From assembly GCA_011109175.1 (NCBI GenBank), contig RDEW01000066.1, positions 65,087 to 109,076 on the forward strand: a stretch of 43,990 bases of DNA, given 5' to 3'. This stretch comes from Dicyema japonicum. Its lineage: Eukaryota > Animalia > Dicyemida. Below the pieces are notes generated by a model that made no database searches, had not been told where the DNA came from, and saw only the letters and a program-made list of their open reading frames with translations. The position numbers were made by a program, and so were the translations under genes. Each line of letters opens with the position of its first letter. Position 1 is the first letter of the stretch. Below, piece after piece: positions 35,470-43,990 of this stretch.

Positions 35470-36179
35470 GAGCAAAATGTTTTTCTTTTCTGCCCTCAAA
35501 AGATTATCGCAGTTATCATCCATTCAGTAAAAATATATCAAGTCATCCATGCTCTTTTGCAACTGTAGTACGAAACAGAACATCGATGATCATATTTTTT
35601 GAAGCACCTTGGAATTTTTGATTTTCCGATCAATAAAGGCTTCAATTTATGATTTCCAGACATATTTGCGCATCACATGGAATGAGCTTGTAGAATATTC
35701 CAGTTTCATCCAGGTTATAAATCTGATCGCTGATATACGACCTTGATAGTTTCTTGAAATTCTTTGAAAAACCCTTCAATGTCGACACTTTTGTCAGTGC
35801 ACATTTGTCCATGTAATTTTCTCTTTTCGAAATCCCGGCCTTTTCTTAAATTTGGATAAAAAATCCATAAGAGTTTTAAAATTTTCAAGAAAAAAGCTGC
35901 TTAGCAAATAATTCTGCCTTACTAGATGTTAATTGACTCACGACTGTTTAAAATAGAGTTAAACTATCCTCCTGCAAAATGTTCAATTTAAACAAAAAGA
36001 AAAATTTTATCGGCAATTCTTATGCATGATAATAAGTTGTTGTCATCCTTATAACGCAATATTTGCACTTTCTGTTCGATAGTGAGTAAAATATTGTTTT
36101 AATTTTCAGTAATTTTTTCTAGAGAATTTAAAAAATAGAGGCAAATTTCGGAATTTGGTAAATTTAAGAGAGTTTACTG
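35470..36179 (-). mobile_element. pogo/Tigger 5' portion with one TIR, internally deleted
   Basis: End ...GAGAGTTTACTG-TA at 36179. Motifs LTIEQKVQIL, QIYNLDETGIFYK, KLKPLLIGKSK.PRCFK, AWMT. Confidence 0.85.
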
Positions 36180-36725
36180 TATATTTAAAGAAAAATATAA
36201 ATCAGGTACAAAAGAAACTAATCCAGGATCAACTAAGAAAAAGCATTCTAAAATATGTATTATTTTTCTCGTGCTCCTCCATATCGAAGCGACTTCCGAA
36301 TCTGCACATTTCAGATTTACTGAAATTGCTAGACAAGAGACACAACATCTATCTCTAGTCGATATTTATAGAATGCTATAATTCAACATGCTATAAATTC
36401 AAAATAATATTTAAATTAATATCTGTCAAAATCAGGATAGAAAAGATTATGAATTTCAAAATATTTTTTGAAAACAGTATCTTTCAATTGTACGATTCTC
36501 GATAATTTGATTTCTAAACAGGGCGTCAATTGGTGGAAGGCACATAAACGATAAAATATTCGTCAATGAGTCATCGTCAACGTATTTAAGATTCTATAAT
36601 AAATTAATTACATATTAACAGTATTTCTGAAAAATTCCCTCAAACTTACGTAAATGTTTTCAGTAAGTTTGGTTGGCTGAAATACGTGCAGGGAAACCAA
36701 ACTTCTAAAAAAATAGCAGCTTCCG

Positions 36726-37391
36726 TCAAGGAAGGCGTTTATAGCCTTCGTTATAGAGTAAAGTAAGGAGATGGTGACACATTATATTCTCACTTGTGAA
36801 ACCAATAGAATCCAAAAAATCCAGAGTTTGGCAAAGCTTTAAATGAGATAAATGTTCAGCTACCTCCGAAACAGAAAACAAATGCGCAGTAAGTGCCATT
36901 CCCTGACAGAACAAATAGCCGCCATCGGACATTAACAGGTTAAGTACTTTATCGCCTAATTTCTCTTCTTCATAAATGTTGCTGTGATTGAACCTATGAA
37001 TAATATCCACAATATGATATTTGTTGGGCAATGCAGTAAATGAAGAGATGTAATCACAAATATTGTTGAAATTATTGATTTCTTGGTTCATAGCCTTACT
37101 TTCGAAAAGTTTTAAATTCCATTTTGTAACGGGATGGAGTTGGTCCTGGCTTTGAGATAGGAGAAAATCCAGGAATAGTAAATGCCGATTTGAAAAATGC
37201 AGGTGAAAGTATTTTCGAATCGACATTAAAAAACCGATTGTCTTTAAAAAAGACAAAAATCTTGTTTTTTGTGGTTCTTTAGTTTCTGAAATATGTTTTC
37301 TGTCATATACAAAATTATTCGTCGATATTTTTTTCATTGACATACATTCGTGTCTACAGTAGATGTTTCGGTAAGAAAACCAATTTGACAC
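36726..37391 (-). CDS. Hypothetical protein (221-codon open frame; true start unresolved)
   Basis: A long stop-free frame in very AT-rich DNA. No recognised motif. Confidence 0.4.
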   Translation of the reverse strand: MSNWFSYRNIYCRHECMSMKKISTNNFVYDRKHISETKEPQKTRFLSFLKTIGFLMSIRKYFHLHFSNRHLLFLDFLLSQSQDQLHPVTKWNLKLFESKAMNQEINNFNNICDYISSFTALPNKYHIVDIIHRFNHSNIYEEEKLGDKVLNLLMSDGGYLFCQGMALTAHLFSVSEVAEHLSHLKLCQTLDFLDSIGFTSENIMCHHLLTLLYNEGYKRLP

Positions 37392-38339
37392 AGAAAAATA
37401 TTGTTTTATTTTCAGGGATATAGTTGTTATTTGTATATTTTGCTGCTGATTTATTACACAAAAAAGCGAATTTGGTTAATCCAATAAACCATCACAATAT
37501 TTAATGTTTCAGTATTTATTTAAATTATAAAAAAGATTAAATTTTATATATAATTCTATTTATTATCGTTTAGTAAGCAATTCAACAAAATAAAATCGGA
37601 ATGTATGAAAAAGAGCAATTGATGCACTAAAAACATGATAATTTGTCTATTATCTTGGATTTTCTATAAATCGACCTTTTTCTTAAAAAAATTATAATTT
37701 AATTTTTGAAAATCATTCTTTTTTACAACATAATTATTTTTTTAATATTTAAAATTCTTTTTTCTTTTTTTAAAATTTATTTTTAACGCAAAATATATTA
37801 ATTCTTGAGACAGAAAAAATTCGTTTCTTTATTTTATAAAAGGAAATAACATTTAATAAGTTGATATCCATCCACATGCTTCATAAACTTCCCAAACTTC
37901 TTTTTTCGTTGACATATCTTTTTTTCGTTGTAAATAAATTTTTTAAGTATTTTTTCGGTATTGACTCCCATATCACAAATAATTTCATTTTTTGGCTGAT
38001 TTTGCGTTAATTTAGCCTACATCCCCGCCCAAACGTGCTCAAATTGGATTGAGGTCACGTGATTGAGACACCCAATCAAGAATTTTTTATTTTTTATCTA
38101 TCATATATTCTGTTAGTACTTGCGAAGTATGGCAAGGGGCATTATTTTGTTGAAAAATAAATGAGTTTAAGGCTATTTTAGCGCTGATTTGTCGAGATTA
38201 TTTGATAAAATGTTTAAATATTTCTTACTGTTTGTTTTTCTATTTATAACAACATTACTCACCCCATTATATAAAAAACATTTCCAAAGCATTGACTTTC
38301 CTCAACACACTTAACAGTAGTGACGATATTGGACTTTTT

Positions 38340-38870
38340 ATAGACAGAACCGTTTTTACGGTAAACAATTTTGCGTATTTTATCACTATAAACTTCNCTC
38401 AAGACTGAAGAACACCTGGCTCCACAAAAAAGGCTTTTACATTATAACAAAAACTCGATTATAAAATTCGCTAGTGAAATCCATACTACTGTATAACGCT
38501 GGTACCTGGGCCTGCTCAAGAAATAAACTGAAGAGGCAATGCGTTTCATAGAAACCAACTACTGCATATGATGTTCGAAAGAAATGATACGAAGATGTTA
38601 TCTAATCTTCTTTATAGAAGGACGAAGACCTCTGAAATTTCTAATGAAATTCTGGATACACGATGGAGGCTTTTAGGCCATATTCTGCGACTGGACCTAG
38701 ATTCCCCGCTAACGTAGCCGTATGGATTACTTCATGTTGGAAGCCCCCCGTTTCCGTGGTCGCCCAAGGACAACACTGCCAGTCGTTCTCGACAAGGACC
38801 TCAAAGAAATCGGACGGCATCTTGGAAGTGGAGAGGATCTTGACTGGTTGCGCACTGCGGTTTTGAATAG
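38340..38870 (+). mobile_element. RTE-like LINE 3' fragment
   Basis: LVKSILLYNAGTW, AFHRNQL, RWRLLGHILRL. Same region as 32330-32700. Confidence 0.75.
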
Positions 38871-39629
38871 GAGTAAGTAAATTAAATTAACTAGTGATTT
38901 GCTAACTCATCTTGCGCATGCTTTTTCAAGTTCTATGACATAGCGATAACTGCTAATAATAATAAATATACGGACGACAACATTCACCAAGCTACTCAGG
39001 TGGAAGTAATAACAGTTAGCTTTTTTAGCAAAGCACGAAATCTTATGGATACGGATCCAGAATGGGTTATTACCAAGTCACTCGGATTTTTAAGGGCAAA
39101 TTTTATTTGACATCCGTCTCTGTAATTGGTGTGACCAAGTCTATGTACCTTCAATCTGCATTTACCCTTTTAGGGCAAGGTCTATGAGCGATTGACTTGG
39201 GAGTCGAATCCCGAATCTTCAACGTTGTCCTCTTCATCATTTAGTTGTGGCAAATTAAAAGTAAATAACTTCTCAAAGTGATAGATAAATATATAACTTC
39301 TAATAAAGGCATCTATTCAACCGGATGGCTAGCTATCACTCTCCAACTCCTATATAAAACTATTTTTCAAAAAAAAATTATAACTTTTTTACCATCGAAT
39401 ATTTTAGGTTAGTATATTTGGGACCTACTGAGTTTCTAATCTTTCAATCAGAAAAGAATTAGGATCAACCAATCCCGTTCAATTTCTTAAGGATTGTTGG
39501 GTTTTAGTAGTCTTTAGACATGGGTGAACTTGACAATTATCTTAAGACGCAATATTCATATTTGAGAGGCTAAATCACGGAAATTTTCGTCAATTTGTTC
39601 CAAGTGTTAATTTACACGAATGCATACTT

Positions 39630-41520
39630 TAGTTAGTTAGTCCCCGGTTTCGCTATCTTGTAGGAAACCAGCAGCAAGTAAAAGCAAGCGGCAGAGGTCC
39701 CGGAGCCCGAGAAGAGGAGACGATTAAGGTAGCGCAGGGCACGTCAAAAGGTCATCTGTGAGCACGCATGGAGAAGGGGATGGTGGCCTGGGCGGATCTT
39801 TGATAGTTGTACCCGGATTTTCGTGCTTAGCAATAATTCGGATTCATCGATAAGGGGAGGTGCGGAGTCTAGTAGTTTATTGTGTTCGAGTGATGGCCTC
39901 AGTGGAAATGTGGTTGTGTATCTGTTTGGACATAGTTAATCCGTTTTTCGGGGGAGGTATTTTTAAGAGTGGTCTCACTTGGTCCTCAAGAGTGGCGATA
40001 ATATGCCTTTTGTTCATTGACAGGGAACACGATGTTGAGGGTGTGGTCAGGTCGGGTGATGTGTTTTGATCGTTTGACCTTGACCCGCATCTCGTGTGAA
40101 GACGCGGGTTGTTTAAGATGACGAGGTCTTCAAATTTGGGCCATACTTCTTTGATCTGCGGTTTGACCAGTAAGCCACATTGGATCCTGTGCATTTAGGT
40201 CTTCACAAATTATGACGTTTTTGATTAATAGTATATATGTTAAATTTATATGCTTACGATAGTATATGGAGTGGAATTGATCGTGATAATGATTGAGGAT
40301 AATTTTATGTGTGGATCATTGCTTATCAGAGAGTTAGTGTGACCGGATGTGTCACCGTATGCGATCAGTGCTAATGCTCGAGTAGTTTTTGAATACTGAG
40401 ATGCTTATGAGGAGAGATAGTCTAGTTCAGCGTTTCCCAACCTTTTTGTGCTCGCGGCACCTAAAACCATGTTTTTTTTCTCGCGGCACATATTAATTAT
40501 AAATGCTTTTTTAATTACAAAAAGTAATTATAATAACTAATAAAACACTTGCGGTTGTTTATGTGTACACAAAATTTCCAGAAGGGGATGAATTTGCGAC
40601 AAATATACCGTGAGGTCATCTTCAATTGACAAAAGTTTCTCTTTAAATCCAAAGATTTTATCAGTTGAGGTTGACATATTCTCGAAATTTCCTTTAAAGA
40701 CTTATTTAAAGAATTTTTATGTTAGAAAATATCCGTCAAATACGCCAACCTATAAAAATATTATGAAAAAACCTATTCAGAATTACCTTAGTAACCATTC
40801 TTTATTTTCGAAACGTGAAACAAAGTAAATTTTATTTTGCAGGCGAGTAATATCAATTTTTCTTCAATAGTGTGATTCTTACGGTTTTTAGATATGAGCT
40901 CAGAAAAGAGGTAACTAGCATCTAAAGCTCTTTGAGAAACGTGCAGTGTTTTAACAAATGTGGCACTTTGAATCTATAAATTTTAACATGTTCCTGAAAT
41001 ATGATGCTTTATTATCTTTTTAATGAAAATGCTTTGTGGCTAATGCCGTTTCATTTTAGACGGGACGATTCCATCATTTGACAGAATTTTACTGCATACA
41101 ATACACCTTGGTAGTGGCAATGTACAATCTCCATTCCATGTACATCCAAAATTCAAATATTTTTCAGAATAAATGCATATTTTTTGTTTTTTTAAGATTG
41201 AAGATCCGAACCACAACAAAATTGCTCATAACTAGCTATTTTAATTTTATAATTTTTTTTAAGTTTTTTTTATTATACAAATATAAACAATTTTTAATTT
41301 TAAATATTAAAAATCTTGCGGCACCTAAGCCAGATCTCGCGGCACCCCGGTTGGGAATCGCTGGTCTAGTTTCTTGAAAGAGAGCAAATATCGATGTTAT
41401 GGGCATAGAGATGTCTCCGCAAAGGGCAAGGAATTCCGGGGAGCGGGAGCTTTGTGCTCGCTCAATTGCTGACAAGAGACTCCCTCAGAAGAGAAAGCCC
41501 AATGGGGCGGAAAGCGTAGG
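39630..41520 (-). mobile_element. LINE related to family B, RT deleted, interrupted by a hAT
   Basis: EN pieces HNIDIALFQET (about 41365-41410), EDLNAQDPMW and LVILNNPRLHTRC...TSPDLT are joined directly to the C-terminus NKLL..PPLIDESE...VQLSKIRPGHH. (CTAA)n tail at about 39630-39642. Confidence 0.8.
40428..41363 (-). mobile_element. Non-autonomous Buster-type hAT (936 bp) with TIRs and an 8-bp TSD
   Basis: TIR CAGCG(T/A)TTCCCAACC. TSD GTCTAGTT at 40420-27 and 41364-71 with central TA. Fragments DGIVPSKMKRH, ASYLFSELI...HTIEEKLI and WLLR/LAYLTDIF. Confidence 0.95.
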
Positions 41521-42011
41521 TCTTTTTTTGCTAGGCATAGCATACAACCTTACTTAAGTTTTATTTAAAATAGAAATTCTAAAGATTATTTCTTTAGTAA
41601 ATTTAGGAATTGATATTGAATATATAAAGAAAAATAAATGTTCCCAGATAAAAATTATTGGGATATATTTTATGGACTCGTAGAACACCAAATAAAATTT
41701 GATGTGGTTAACATCCAAATTATTGAAATATGTCTTCGAGATTATTTTGAAGCTCGAGCAATAATGTATGGAATTGTGAGACCAGAACTAAAAAAGAATT
41801 AGGGTTAGATTCCAACTAACAACAAAAACACGTTTTATTAATATTTTATTACAAATTAATTAAATTAATTTTAAAACTTATAAATTGATTATAATAAAAC
41901 AATTTTTTTTATTTTCTGAAAAATTGCGATACTACTAATCCAGATACTACTAAAATCATTGGGTTTAAAATTCAGTGGAAATCGAGAAAAGGGTTGATGA
42001 GAAATCTACAA

Positions 42012-42438
42012 ATGACACCATAAGACGGCCAATTTTAAGTTTTCCGTGGATTTTCTACATATAAATGATGTTTATATTTTAGATAGGTCAACGTCTAATG
42101 TAAGTGTTTATGGTTCAGTTTTAGGATGAGTTGTCGGAGATGAACTTTGATTGTGCGGCACTGCACCAAATTGTGTGACGGTGTAATTCCAGACACTGTG
42201 TTATACTTTCTTGGCGAGGAACGTATAATGTCGATTTTTGATTGTCAAGAATTTGATGTAGGATATCTGCGTGATGTAAGCGTTATTTCATTATTTTTAG
42301 ATCGAGTTAATATTTATTGCGGATGATTTTTCAGAAATAAATTATGAGGAAGCATCTACCGATTCGGAAGCGGATTTTGAATATACTGAGTCGGAAGCCG
42401 ATTTTGTAGAAATAGACGATGAGCTAAATATTTACTGA
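42012..42438 (+). pseudogene. Three-exon small acidic protein gene, probably disrupted
   Basis: GTAAG-type 25-nt introns at 42100-42124 and 42276-42300. The last exon is D/E-rich with TGA at 42436-38. The middle exon is 151 nt (one extra base near 42169) and the start is out of frame. Confidence 0.6.
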
Positions 42439-43169
42439 GCAAAAATGGATTTTGTAAAATGGGTGAAGAAAAAATATTTACTAAGACTAGGAAAGAGCTT
42501 GTAGAAATGGACGAAGAGCAAATATTTTGATTTTGGGTCTTAATTTACCTAAAATTTATTCACAAAAATATTATTTATTTTTGGTGCAAATACAATTGTT
42601 CTTACTAGTTGCAATTTAACTATTCATTTGGACCTCCCTGCATAGAAATCAATTAAGAAAAAGGCAAGTCGTTTATGGACTGCTGAACAAGAATAAATAG
42701 CGTAAAATAGTATTTCCCTTGAACTCAAATTCTCAAAATAATGAAATATAGTGATAATTGAGTTGAAAATCTTCAGGTCAGATGTGATTTAGATGTAGTT
42801 TCTCTGAGTTCACACGTTTTTAATGAATTGTTTTCAAATAGGAAGTCTAAATTACAATTAAACAAATGGACGTTGAATCCGGCATCCAAAATGAGATTTA
42901 TTTAGACTGGTACTTATTTCAGTCCCAAAAATAATACTGAGAGCATTTTAATAAGCAATTTTTTACGTAAATTTGCCCATTTTAACTAAATCACGTTTTA
43001 TCAGCTATTTGTTAATATTTTAATATATCGATTATTTATTTGAACAAAAGGATAATCACTTAAAGTTAAGCTATTTCCATTAATTTATTATGTTTAACAC
43101 ACGCTGGAGAGCAGAATTTATCTTAACTAGCTTTTACTCCTAATCATCACATCTGATTCAATCAAGCGT

Positions 43170-43990
43170 ACTCTTTGTCCGATACCTTCATTCCTTGCTT
43201 GTGTTCAATTAGCATGCTTTCGAGAGTCCTTTTCGCCATAAACAATTAGATGTATGTTCTCGTTGCTTCTAAAATCAATGGAATTATCTGTACTTATGAG
43301 CTCACCCGACACAAATGGAAGTAAATACATTTCACGACACCATTTTATCTTCGTAGATAATCACTGTTTAACATTTTACCACATTGAATGATCAAATGGT
43401 CGGCAGTTTTCTGGTTATTTATATTAAAATGTCAACATGTGGAGATTTATGTCTCTAGCAATACGCTCATACGAGCCAGAATGGAAGTTGAGGTTGGGGG
43501 AATGTAGATATTGATTACATTGAGATCAGTTTTCATGTTGTTTTTTATTTTGAAAGATTGTAGCTCTGTTTTCTCACCGACTTTATATTTGAAGTCGTTT
43601 GATGTTTCGATGTATGAGATATTTTTACTGATGAAAGTAATTAGGCCACCACCGGAGGAAGGTCTGTCAAGTCGTATAGTGGAATAATCTGGAATTTTTG
43701 GCGTTTTGTGTTTTTCATTTAATTGCTTTCTTGAATTAAGGCAATATCGATGTTGTTTGAGATAATGAAGTGCTTGAGTTCCATGAATTTGTTTTGGATT
43801 CCGTTGATGTTCAATTGGAGAATGTTTATCTTATTCCGACGCTTTGGATTGGATATGGTGTGATCCTTTTGGATCTGCCGGCGTTCTAGCCGTGGCCGCC
43901 TGGGAGTGTTACCCCGGGGACTATTGTGGGACGATTTTTCTGTAGATACAGATCTGGTGACTCCATTAGAGCGCCCACGCTGACCAGATA
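43170..43990 (-). mobile_element. APE endonuclease region of a family-B-related LINE, extending off the window
   Basis: KINILQLNINGIQNK...NIDIALIQE, GLITFI, INIYIPP. Preceded in frame by an S/R/P-rich linker. Confidence 0.85.

Noticed and set aside
38040-38075. GTCACGTGA E-box palindrome as a promoter
   Set aside because: A single short motif with no linked gene start.
41405-41445. Degenerate second 2A motif (FLALCGDISMP) on the minus strand
   Set aside because: It lacks ExNPGP, and the overlapping frame reads as ordinary EN sequence (LRRHLYAHNIDI). Unresolved at best.

Overview
AT-rich eukaryotic scaffold that is mostly a nested transposon graveyard, with two N gaps (2218-2636, 25533-26338). 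There is no prokaryotic operon, rRNA, tRNA or CRISPR array. DNA transposons: Buster-type and CGGBP-type hAT pieces, four pogo/Tigger remnants, a pogo-type MITE, an IS630/Tc1-like remnant, and one intact IR-DR DD34E Tc1 element (27765-29205). Non-LTR retrotransposons come from at least five groups: an APE LINE with a three-knuckle gag-like ORF1 (three copies), an Ingi/Vingi-like APE LINE with a 2A-like StopGo peptide, RTE-like, R4/Dong-like RLE and CRE-like RLE. Host genes that the ORF track misses sit between the elements because they are split by 23-32 nt GT-AG introns. They are a near full-length MBOAT7/LPIAT1 pseudogene, an HSDL2 exon, a clean three-exon acidic microprotein gene, a second acidic gene, and a mucin-like membrane protein gene. 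There is also a frameshifted kinesin motor-homology domain lacking P-loop and switch motifs. Tiny introns at apparently animal-conserved positions suggest a compact-intron metazoan parasite (inference). All protein assignments come from manual motif recognition, not database searches. Boundaries of degenerate elements are approximate.
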